Positions 1 through 10,755 of a DNA stretch of 64,000 nucleotides are shown piece by piece. This stretch comes from Chloropicon primus (Eukaryota): contig CP060765.1 of the NCBI GenBank assembly GCA_023205875.1, positions 62,001 to 126,000 of the forward strand. The letters run 5' to 3'. Numbering within the stretch: the first letter of the stretch is position 1; every line of letters starts with the position of its first letter. The position numbers and the translations under genes are program-made. Under the pieces are notes generated by a model that was not told the origin of the DNA, ran no database searches, and saw only the letters and a list, made by a program, of their open reading frames with translations.

Positions 1-440
1 CCCAGTCAGAAGGTCTCTCCTTGAGCGTCCCGTTGTAGAAGAGTACTGGGACAGTTGGCCTGCAAGGAATGTAGGCAGAGGAAAGAAGCAAAAGCGCGTG
101 GGAGAAAGGTACAAGTCAGAGACGGATTCAATCCAATTCATGGTAAAAACCAAACTCTGTTGGAATGTCTTTGCACACAACCTTCCCCATGCTCTGCAGG
201 ACTTACTTGTGGAGGCCTGGCCCAGACTCCTTTGACTGGGATACCTCTGTCCGTCCATATCGTGTCACGCGTCCAGTCCCTCGCTTTGGTCTTCTAGTGA
301 ATGTATGTTTCTGTGGTACCTGAATCCCAATGGTCCTTCTCCTTGTGTTGTGTCTCGTTGTGCCGCGCTCCTCCTCATGCCAAGGGTCTCGTCCTGCGGC
401 CTTCCTCCATCCTCCTCTCCTCTCTCCTCTTCTCCATCGG
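1..440 (-). CDS. Possible 5' part of a spliced gene running off the left edge (exon ending at 207, intron 206-60, exon 59-1); product unknown
   Basis: Minus-strand GTAAGT donor at 206 and TTGCAG acceptor at ~60 join in frame (...GPGLHK/PTVPVLFYNGTLKERPSDW). No start codon identified. Confidence 0.3.
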
Positions 441-466
441 TCAATTGACGCAGTTCCAGTGCAATA

Positions 467-700
467 CCATTTCCTTAACCAAAACCAAGGTGCATCCCAT
501 TTCCTTAAGTAAAACCAAGGTGCATCCCATTTTCTTAACCAAAACTAAGGTGAATCCCATTTCCTTAAGTAAAACCAAGGTGCATCCCATTTCCTTAAGT
601 AAAACCAAGGTGCATCCTATTTCCTTAAGTAAAACCAAGGTGAATCCCATTTCCTTAAGTAAAACCAAGGTGCATCCCATTTCCTTAAGTAAAACCAAGG
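467..700. repeat. 30-bp minisatellite, ~7.8 copies (CCATTTCCTTAAGTAAAACCAAGGTGCATC)
   Basis: Head-to-tail units visible directly, with few substitutions and no spacers. Confidence 0.95.
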
Positions 701-732
701 GATGCGAGAAAAACCAAGGGAAAGATCCGATT

Positions 733-734
<2 letters not shown>

Positions 735-766
<32 letters not shown>
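735..766. repeat. poly(T)32 tract
   Basis: Directly visible. Confidence 0.9.
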
Positions 767-934
767 CGGGATGTGTGTGTTGTGTTGTCCTGGTGTAGTG
801 ATGGTGTGTTGGACTGTGTTTGGATCCGAGTGAGTTCTTTTGTCTTCCCGCGGCAATTTGAATCTCCCCACCGCACGAACGGGGGGCGTCAGGCCTCAGG
901 ACTGGGAACGAGGGAGGGGACGGGCTTGGACACC

Positions 935-3585
935 ATGGAAGCGGCGACAGCCGTGAGTACTGAGAGCGGTAGGCAGTACCAGCACGAAACTGGGATGCAG
1001 GGGGAGCAAGATTTCGGTCTCTTCCTTCAAGACGTAAGGCTCACACCTCGGCAGGAAGTCTTGGACAAAAGTATTGCCTTCTGACACCACCCACTCTCTC
1101 ACTTCTCTCTTCAACTTGTTCTTCACCTTTATGCTTTGCTCCTGGCCGTGGTCTTCAGGTGGCTGCACGAGTCATCCAGCATCACTACTTGCAGTGGAAG
1201 GGAAGGAGGACGGCCAAGATGGACGACTTGAGTGCGGACCTAGGCGGCGTGGGAGCGGAAGGAGGCAAGGGCCTGTCTGGTGCTGGCCAAGGCAAAGCGT
1301 TTGTCCTGAGGCGGTCAAAGTCTCTGGAGGTTTCCACGACGGAGGTTTGCTTCGACACGGAGAGTGACATGGAGAGCGAGAGGGACGAGGAAATGCGTGG
1401 CGAGGTCAGCACCTCGCTGGGGAGAAGCGCGGAGTCCCCTCGGAGACGACTCACTTCTAGCTCTGAGGCAGAGGCAGTGGTGAAGAGTCCTGACCGTGTG
1501 CCAAGGAAGAGGACGCCCAAGGAGTTGCCGCATCGCTTGAAGGCGCTTAGGGAGAGGGACAGGAATGTCTTGTCCCGGTCTCAGGCGCGCAACGAGGAGA
1601 CTGCCGGGAAGCCTGGCTTTCTCCTGGACAACACCCACGACCTCCTCAAGTCCACGGACAAGCTTCAAGACATCCTGCAGTTCCTGAAAAGAGCTGACAC
1701 GAGCATCGATGTGGAGCAGTCCAAATCAAAGCCTGTTTTCAGGACCGCTTCGCCCAATGCGGACACGACGAGTCCTCCTGACACAAGCGCAAGGGCGACG
1801 GGCACGGTGTCGCCTTCGATACTCAGAATCAGCGCGAACCTCGAGAGGGTGGGGGAGTCTCTTGTCGGCCTCAGCAGCCAGAGGCCCTCCGAAGGAAAGG
1901 CGGGCAACGGACGAGTCTTGGAGGGGCTCCCCGCAGGGAACGGGGGCGAGGACTTGGGCACCGTGGAGCAGACTGAAGCGATTCAGAACGTCTGCAGTGG
2001 CGTGCACAACAAGGTCAAGGGCCTGCACAGCAGGATACAGATGCAAAAGGAGGCGATGGCCGACCTGGAGAATCAAGTAGATGAGGGCAAGAAGAGGGAA
2101 AAGAAGCTGGAAGCGGACTTCCTGGAAAGGATAACCCAAGCCTTGGACAAGCAGAGCAAGGAGCACGAGACATCCCTGAAGCGGCACTTGAGCTTCATCG
2201 ACCGCATCCTGAAGGACAAGGACTTGCTGTCCAAAAAGTGCGAGAAGCTTGCAGTCGAGCTGAAGAGCTTGGAGGAGATGTACAATAAGAAGATCGACAG
2301 GCTCCAGACGCAGTGGGCGATTGAGCTGAAGAAGCAGAAGGAGGTGTGGCAATCCGCGGAAAAGGCGAGGAGGGAGGCTTGGCTCTCTGAGAAGACGAGG
2401 GAGATCAAGGAGCTTACCATCAAGGGCCTCGAGCCCGAGATTCAGCGCCTGATTCAAAAGAGCAAGGCAGACCTCGAGGACCTCGAATCTAAGCACGCCC
2501 TGGACATGAGGAAGAAGCTTGACGAGTGCAAGGACTACTACGACTCGTACATCCATTCCCTGCGGGACCAGTGGAGGCGCGAGAAGGACGACCTCATCGA
2601 GCATGAGCGGACGAACGCGTCAAGCAGGCTCAGGGAGCAAGGGGACAGATACGACTCGCAGATGGAGTCCCTCCGCATGAGGCTGGTGTCCGACTTTGAC
2701 TCGAAGCTGTCGTCTCTAGAGACTTCAAAGCGCGAGGAAAACTCTAGGAGCGAGAACACTTTGATGAGGCTGAGGCAAGAGCACGCCACGGAGGTCTCCA
2801 AGATGAATCAGGAGTTTGAGGAGAAAGCGAAGCAGCTCGACAGGGCCAATGACTTGGAGAAGGAAAGGATGAGGGAGAAGTTCGAGACCGAAAGGGAGGG
2901 CTGGAGGCAAATGATCGTGAAGAAGATCAAAGAAGAGTACGGGGAGAAGGAGAAGGAAATGAGGTCCAAGGTGCAACACGAAAGGAATGCCGAGCTTGAA
3001 ATGATCGTGACCAAGCTGGAACATGAAACGCAGATGACGAGGGAGAAGCTGCACGAAGAGTTTGAGATAAGGACAAAAGAGATGAAACGGGACCACGCCG
3101 AAGAAGTGAGGGAGCTCAAAGAGAGCAATCACAAGTTCTCAGAAAAGTATAGGGAGGCGGCGCAGCTCTCCCAGAGCAGCAAGAAGGAGATCACGTCCAT
3201 CCAGTCCCTGAACAAGGCTTCCGCGAGAGAGCTGGAGGTGAAAGCCGAGACAATCTCTTTCCTTGAGAAGCAGCTTGGGGCCACAAGGAAAGAGTCCTTG
3301 GAGAAAGAGAAGGAGATCAAGGCAATGTACGAGGACAAGGTCTGCATCTTGACCGAAAAAGTTTCGAGCTTTGGCCAGAGGGCCGAGAAGTCTGAAATCA
3401 AGTTGGAGGAGGCCGCGAACGAGATCAGTAGGCTGAAGGCAAAGAACAAGAGTGATATGCTGGAGGTAGAAGCGAGGGTGAAGGAAGCCATTACGAAGAG
3501 GGAGAATATCATTGCCCATCTCCAGAATCAGCTTGTCTCCCTGCAGCAGAACTTGGAGCAGACGGAGGGTCTCTTGGACCACTAG
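935..3585 (+). CDS. CEP131: Centrosomal/centriolar-satellite protein CEP131 (AZI1); exons 935-1033, 1159-3585
   Basis: IQ-like motif (VAARVIQHHY) after the splice, long coiled coil, and conserved LKRHLSFIDRILKDK and EKTREIKELTIKGLEPEIQRLI segments. GTAAGG...TTCAG intron in phase 0. Confidence 0.8.
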
Positions 3586-3662
3586 GCGACGACCGACGAG
3601 TCTATAATGTTCTTCTCCTCCTTTTGTGTAATATTCTTTTGTTACATTGGTACAAGGAAACT

Positions 3663-4465
3663 TCACGTTTTCGCGAAAAAGTTCAAGAATTCCTTGATGG
3701 ATATCTGGCCGTCTTCGTTCGTGTCCATGCTCTCAAAGACCGTGTCACACAGGTTGATGTCCATCAGACCCGTTCGATGAATTCCTTCCTTGAACTCAAA
3801 GATGTCCACGTGCCCGCTCTCGTCCAAGTCGTAGAGAGAAAAGAGCTCGATGAAGTCGCCCCTCTCCTGCTCAGTGAGCTTGCCCAGGACCCTCTTCTTA
3901 GCCTGAACCTGGCTGGGCAGTGATATCTTCAGAATCTTGTCGTATTGTGCCTCCTTTCCCCCCCTATTGGCGGCAAAATCACACAAGTCAGTAAGCAAAA
4001 GTATGGGCACGAGATGAAGAGCGTGGGCACCACCAAGTGCAGGGACGGGGATGGGGTCAGAGCGTGGCACTTACGGGTACAGTGTCTTCACGAGCTCCTT
4101 GAAAGATATCTTTCCATCTTTGTCAGAGTCAAGAAGAGAAATGTAGTCATTCAAGAACTTCTGCGCGTCCATAGACATGTGCTGCTTGAGGTTTTTACTC
4201 AACTCGGAGCGTCCAATATATCCGCTGCCGTCGAGGTCGATCTCATGGAACATCTCGTTCAGGAACTTCACGTCCGACACCGAGAAGGTCTAGAAAGGAA
4301 GCGAGAAACAAGTATTGTTTTAGAACAACAGAAAGAGAAGGCAAGAAGTAGGTTTTTTGCTCTGGGCAAACGATAGTGCTGAAGAAAACGTACCACACTG
4401 GTGAAATCATTCGCCTTGCAGGGCTTAATCCTGAAAGTCGTCTCCTTAGTCCTCTTGAGCACCAT
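3663..4465 (-). CDS. Four-EF-hand calcium-binding (calmodulin-like) protein; exons 4465-4394, 4289-4075, 3963-3663
   Basis: EF loops DLDGSGYIGRSE, DSDKDGKISFKE, DLDESGHVDIFE and DTNEDGQISIKE. Two GT-AG introns give a continuous frame. Confidence 0.85.
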
Positions 4466-6856
4466 GGCCTCTGCTCTCCTTCCCCTTGCTAGGCCTTTCT
4501 TCCTCCGCCTCCTCAACCCCCCTTTGATTGATTCGGAAGAATCTTGAATGAAATCAAGGGAAGAAATCTGAAAAGTAAAAAGGGAACAGGGAAGTGAACA
4601 AGGAAGTGTAACGCATACTCAAGGGGACCACTGCCCCAATTCACAGCAATGGAAAGCGAGAGCGGCACCCTCACTACGACACCCCCCTTTATTGCGACGA
4701 TTTGAGCATAAACCCAAACCAAGCTCATTTCAAAGCTCAATTGAACGAGGAAGTGTTCTGACGCAAAGGATTTCCATTTCTTCTTCCTTGTACTCGATGT
4801 TCGTGCTATCCCACCTGACGGAAAAGAACCTCAGCACGCCAGTAGTCTGGCGTCGCATTTTTTTCGAGACAGCTGTCTGCTTGAGCTCTAATCTCGATCT
4901 TAGGGTCACCACCGGCGGCTTTTTGACTTCATATATGCATTGATAAAGGATGTGGAATAGGTTAAAACCGAGCAGCAAAATCAGCAGTGGAGGTATTTAG
5001 AGCTTCCATGTCCGACTGAGTGAACGCGACAACCGAGTTATTTGCTGTGAAACACTCAGACAGGATTAATAATGTCTTAAACAACCAGCATTTGCATGTT
5101 TATCAAAAAAGATCTCATCCGGCAGTGAATAGCATTGCAAGCAAGAATAAGTTTCACAAACACACAATACTTTTTGGTTTTAAGAAAACATTGCGGACAA
5201 GGAAGAAATATATTAACATAAAATCATAGCAAAATATTAGTTATCTACACATTGATATGTTTCACAAATTTCTGCATTCAAAACTTTGTTCTAAACGTAA
5301 GCAGTTTGAGTTTTTAAAGAAATGATCGAGAGTGATGGTTCCACGTACAAGCCAGTCCGCCTTTTCTTTTCTCATGATGGAATGTTTAGATGGAAGTGAT
5401 ATGAACATATCTAGTCCTATAAAGCATGATTATGCAATGTCTCTTTTACCAATCAGTTTAGAAGCAAATAAAGCTTATATTTTAAAGATATTCTTTTTTA
5501 CACACAAAAATTAATATTTACCAGTTGCCCTCTTGATAACTTTAACTTGATGCGCTCTGCAGCTGAGAAAAATATCTATGCAATGCTTTCATAATTCATG
5601 GCATGATATATGTTTGCACCAAATGATATATTTCCCTTTCTTTATGCATCACGACTGCAATGATCATCACAAATTGATTTGTTGTGCGGAGGAAAATATG
5701 GAAAATTTTTAATGCATAATACATCTAGATGTGCAAGAAGAGAATGAGCACAGCACAAGAACAGTTTTTGTTTACCGTTTCGATAATAATATTATATCAA
5801 GCTGAAACGAATGAAACATGAACGAAGCATGTAATAGTTAGTGGGCGTACTTGATGTTGAGACGGCCGAAGAAAATCATTGCTTTGTATAAATACTTTTA
5901 TTGCAGATAGTTTCGTTTACTCTAAACCGACTATCAAACCAGTTTTGATTTCACGAGGCAAGACAGGCGTTGCTTGCCTATTCAAACACAAATGAAGGAA
6001 ACCCTTTTTTTTTTTCGGGTTGAAGCTTTCTGTTACAACTCGAAATACAAAAACTAAAGGACTGAATTGGAGATGTATTTCAGACATATTTTGCGTCATG
6101 GATACAGAACAAAAATTGGGGCACAAACGGATACCTATGATCGACTGGGATCTATTTTGCTTAGCTCTCTTTGCCCTTTCTCTGATTGCGGATTTGTTTT
6201 GACATCGCTGCCAATAAATATTGGCTTCAGTTCTAGAAAATGTTTCGTCTTCGTGGCAAGGTCGTTGGAACTGGGCGAAGCTATATATTTGTGACATCTC
6301 ACCGGATCAAGTTTGAAGGATTGTTTTCTTGCGAGCTTGTGAAGACCACCTTGATTGCTTATTATCCGCATTAGGTATTCTACACATCACGGTTTCTGTG
6401 CAACTAGATATATATTGGTATCAGAAGGGCACAAACGTCAAGATAGCTCTTGTTTGTCCATTCGTAACTCCTTGCTGCCAAGCTGACTAGGTAGCTGACT
6501 TCCACTGGCTCTACCGCCAGATTGTCCTGGAGACCAACCAAACCCTTTGGGTTCACAACCGCCGTAGACGAACTAGTCTCGTTGGCGTCGGCATGCGCGC
6601 TGAATTTTGTCTTTGGCCCCTCTTGTAATTGATTAGCGTTTGCTTGGGCCGTTTGCAGGATATCATATAATTGATATTTTCCCGCAATTAATGATAACTG
6701 ATGGATCCTTTTAGCCGCACCTACAAAGACTGGCAACAGCGACGATGCTAATCTTCATTCTTTTCACTTTGAAGGGTTTTTGTTACAAAAAAGCTCATTT
6801 ATTCATCTTCTTTTTTTTTTTACGGTTTGGGTTCTCCTGATGAAGGAGGCTTGTCT

Positions 6857-8008
6857 TTACTTCTTTACCTCGTTGGCGAACTCAGAGGCGTCGTCTGCAC
6901 GGAGAGATCCGAGGTCCTTTGGTGCAGAGGTCTGGACGATGTGGCTCGAGGCATACTTGGAGATGTCTCCTCCCTCCTTCTCAAGCTGGCTTTTGATCCA
7001 GAAGTAGGTGATCCTGAGGCCGTCGGCAAGCTTCACGGATGGCTCCCAGCCAAGCTTTTCTTGGATGAGGGAGTTCTCAGAGTTCCTTCCTCTGACGCCC
7101 TCTGGGCCTGGGATGTGCTTCATGGTCATCTTCTTCTCCTCGAAGCCCATGACGAGGGTCATCATCTCGTTCATGGAGACCTGCTCGGTGGTTCCCAAGT
7201 TGAGAGGCTCTCTGAAGTCGGACTTGGTGATCCTGAGGATTCCCTCGACGCAGTCGTCGATGAAGGTGAAGGACCTCGTCTGCTTTCCGTCACCCCACAT
7301 CTCCACGACGTCCCCAGAGGTCAAGATCTTCCTGCAGAAGGCGGCTGGGGCCTTCTCCCTTCCCCCCTTCCAGGTTCCGTATGGCCCGTAGATGTTATGG
7401 AAGCGGGCGATCCTGCACTCCATCTCGAAGTCCTTTCCGTAGTGCATGTAGATCTCCTCGGACGCGAGCTTCTCGAGCCCGTAGGCGTCCTGAGGGGCGG
7501 CAGGCCAGGCATCGCTCTCCTTGAGTCCACCTCCCTCAACCTCGACGTCGGTCTGCTTGTGCTCAGGGTAGATGCAAGCCGAGGAGGCGTAGAAGACCCT
7601 CTTGGCCCCGCACCTCCTGGCGGCCTCCAGGACGTTGAAGGAGATCATGGTGTTGTTATACATGATCACACCGTGGTTGCTCTGGATGAATCCCATGCCA
7701 CCCATGTCCGCGGCGAGGTTGAAGACGTGCTCGCAGTCCTTGCAGACCTTCATGCAGTTGTCGAACACGCGCAAGTCAACGAGGTGGAACTCGTTGCAGA
7801 ACATCTCCTCCTCCATGTGCTCGTTCCTCTTCCAATCGCAGGCCACGATGTAGTGCCCCTCCTCCTTCAGCCTCTTGGCGAGGTGCGAGGCGATGAACCC
7901 TCCCGCACCAGTGATGCATATCTTGAGGCCAGACTTCTCCGGCCAGTATGGCTCGAAGCTGTACTTGGCCAGCTTGCTCACCTCCTCCTTCGTGTACACA
8001 AGGCTCAT
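6857..8008 (-). CDS. GME: GDP-mannose 3,5-epimerase
   Basis: ITGAGGFIASH, NLAADMGGMGFIQSN, YASSACIYP, YGLEK, GGREKAPAAFCRK and GPEGVRGRNS motifs. Confidence 0.97.
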   Translation of the reverse strand: MSLVYTKEEVSKLAKYSFEPYWPEKSGLKICITGAGGFIASHLAKRLKEEGHYIVACDWKRNEHMEEEMFCNEFHLVDLRVFDNCMKVCKDCEHVFNLAADMGGMGFIQSNHGVIMYNNTMISFNVLEAARRCGAKRVFYASSACIYPEHKQTDVEVEGGGLKESDAWPAAPQDAYGLEKLASEEIYMHYGKDFEMECRIARFHNIYGPYGTWKGGREKAPAAFCRKILTSGDVVEMWGDGKQTRSFTFIDDCVEGILRITKSDFREPLNLGTTEQVSMNEMMTLVMGFEEKKMTMKHIPGPEGVRGRNSENSLIQEKLGWEPSVKLADGLRITYFWIKSQLEKEGGDISKYASSHIVQTSAPKDLGSLRADDASEFANEVKK

Positions 8009-8422
8009 CTTCTCTCCTCTTCGTCTCGTCTTTGTCTTTCATTCATTCATTCATTCATTCATTAGAGAGAGAGGGAGAGAGAACCCATCAGTCAGTCTCA
8101 TCCTGGTTGGAGTTCCTGCACGACGACGACGCGGCATGGCGAAGAAGCAGAAGCGGTTTTCCTTCATCCTCGCGACACAAACGCACACACACACACACAA
8201 CACAAGCAAACACCACCAAGCAAGAAGAAAGAGCGAACAACCGATCCAAGGGACCTCCATCCACAACGTGGCCATGGCCATGGTCGTGGTCCTGGGTGGA
8301 CGCCGGATGGTGGCGGAGCTGGAATCAAGCCAAAAGAAAAAAAGAAAAGAGAGAGAGAATTGCGTGACGGAGAGAGAAAAGACGAAGGAAAGACGAGGGT
8401 ACCACCGCGGTAGGTCACTCAC

Positions 8423-8463
<41 letters not shown>

Positions 8464-8601
8464 TGTGTTTTGTGGCTGCCGCCTTTTTCTTTTTTTCTTT
8501 CCGCTTTTTGTGAACCACATTTTCTGAAACGTCCATATTGGGTGTACATATACGTACACCCTAGGAACGACACGATCTCTTCCTCTTCCAGCAGAACACT
8601 G

Positions 8602-8993
8602 GAGGACGAGGACGAGGCACGTGAGGAGGACAAGGGACGAGAACGAGGCGGACGTGAGGAGGGAAGAGAGGGTTGGGGGGTGAGAGAGGGTGAGGGTTGG
8701 AAGCGTCTTTTCGTGATCTTTCGATAGAGGGGTCGCTTGATTGCTACGACCCTGGGGTGTGCGAGTGAGGACACGAGGACACGAGGACGAGGACGAGGCA
8801 CGTGAGGAGGACAAGGGACGAGAACGAGGCGGACGTAAGGAGGGAAGAGAGGGTTGGGGGGTGAGAGAGGGTGAGGGTTGGAAGCGTCTTTTGTGATCTT
8901 TCGATAGAGGGGTCGCTTGATTGCTACGACCCTGGGGTGTGCGAGTGAGGACACGAGGACACGAGGACGAGGCGCACGTGAGGAGGACAAGGG
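8602..8993. repeat. ~180-bp tandem duplication (2.2 copies; units start at 8602, 8783, 8963)
   Basis: Near-identical copies differing by about 2 changes, in the divergent intergenic region between GME and the MFS gene. Confidence 0.95.
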
Positions 8994-9055
8994 GGGATTG
9001 TGAAGTGTGAGGTCGTCGTCGACGGGTGGGGACTCGGCTAGTCGTCGTGTTCGTG

Positions 9056-10712
9056 ATGAGTGAATTTGAGGGAAGGTCGAGCACCTCCGGGGAGGAGAGT
9101 GAGTTGACGACGCGGGAGAAGGCCGTGGTGATTGCGATGATGACAAGCGTCTCCTTCAGCTCCAACATCACCATAAGCCTCGTCCTCCCGTTCCTTCCGC
9201 AGGAGATCAACGCGCTGGGGCTTCCGGGGCAGCTGCTCACCGGGTTCATCTTTGCCATATTTCCATTCATGTAAGTGCGTGCGTGAGTGTGGCTGCGTGA
9301 TGTACCCTTCCTTCTTTTGCGTGTGCCCGCTGCTGACACCGCTTGGACTCTCCCTCTGCCCTGCGCGCGCGCACAGGATACTTGTTCTCTCACCGTTGTG
9401 CAACTTACTGGCCAAGAGGCTAGGGAGGGTGTTCCTCCTGTACGCCGGCGTGCCACTGCAAACCGTGACCGTCGTAGTGTTCGGCCTGTCGAAGATGGCG
9501 TGCAAGAATCCAAAGGGGGTTATCGGAATGTTTCTCGTGAGCAGGGGCTTGCAGGGCTTCGGGGCAGCCATGGCGAACCTTGCCATCTTCGCCATTGTTG
9601 CCGAGACCTTCCCCAACTCCTTGGGAAAGGTGATGGGTCTGAACGAAGTCATTATTGGGATAGGCTTCATGACCGGACCGGTGCTCGGGAGTTTGCTTTA
9701 CACGTCGGGCGGGTTCTCTCTCCCTTTTTTGGCCGCCTCGGGCTTGCTGGCACTGTCTTTCCCCTTTGTGATCCTGTACCACAGGCTGCACAACAAGAGG
9801 AGGCTGACGATCACGAGCTACCACCACATCGGGAGCTCTGGGGACCGCGGCGCGGCGGTGGGGGCGGAGGAAAACCTCGTTGATTTCACTTCCGGGGAGG
9901 AGAAGCAAAACGGAATGTCCTTCCTCGACCAGGTCTGGGGGGTACTGACGTGGAGAGTGATGGTGACGGCCGCTGTGCTGCTGCTCGGGACGGGTGCATT
10001 CGGTTGGGTGGAGACCATCCTTTCCCTTCACTTGCAGGACGACCTTAACGTGAAGGACAAGTACATCGGGGTCATCTTCGCGGTGATCAACGTCACCTAC
10101 TCTGGCTTTGGCCCGTTTGTCGGGGCGCTGGCTGACACGTGCGGCTACAAACCCATCATGGTCGGGGGACTCATGCTGAGCGGGCTGTCTTTCGTGCTCC
10201 TGGGGCCTGCTGCCACGAAAGTCGGGGACGAGGCGGGTCTGCAAGCGCAGAGGTACTGGGAAGTAGCTCTCCTTGGTCTTTTCGGGGCCTTCCAGTCCCT
10301 CTGCATGATCCCCACACTTCCTGCCATGAAGGAGAGCGTGGGGGGGAAGCTGGATCAGCACACCGTGAATACAATCGTGATGATCTTCAACCAGTTCCAG
10401 AACACAGGGCTGATGTTTAGCCCCCCCGTAAGTGGAGCTCTGAGCCCTGCTATTGGCTGGGAATACACCATGGCAATCTACGGCTCGGTGTGCTTGGGGG
10501 TTGGCATCTTTGCGTCCGCGGTGTTCTGGACGTATGGCGGGGTGCCCGAAGAGGAGGCGGTCTATGAACCAGTATCGCCGTACGCAAGCACCGAGCCCTT
10601 GCTAGTTCCTCGAACGCAAAGCGACCTCGAGCATATGGAATCGTCTCATTCTTTCTCTCGGAGCCACTCTTTGCAGTCCCCGATCAACTACTGCAGTCCC
10701 CGGGGCGGGTGA
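9056..10712 (+). CDS. MFS transporter (SLC18B1/vesicular amine transporter-like); exons 9056-9270, 9377-10712
   Basis: About 12 hydrophobic segments, MFS motifs (SRGLQGFGAA, GPVLGSLLY, GALADTCG), and a GTAAGT...CAG intron that restores the frame. Confidence 0.85.
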
Positions 10713-10755
10713 AAAACGCTTCAAAAACGCTTATAATACAAAACTTTTCGGGTCT

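Noticed and set aside
467..700. 30-bp repeats as a CRISPR array
   Set aside because: The units are contiguous with no unique spacers, the context is eukaryotic and there are no cas genes.
6744..6757. 12-nt match to U6 snRNA (GAAGATTAGCAT on the minus strand)
   Set aside because: No ACAGAGA box or remaining U6 sequence, and no C/D boxes to make it a U6 guide.
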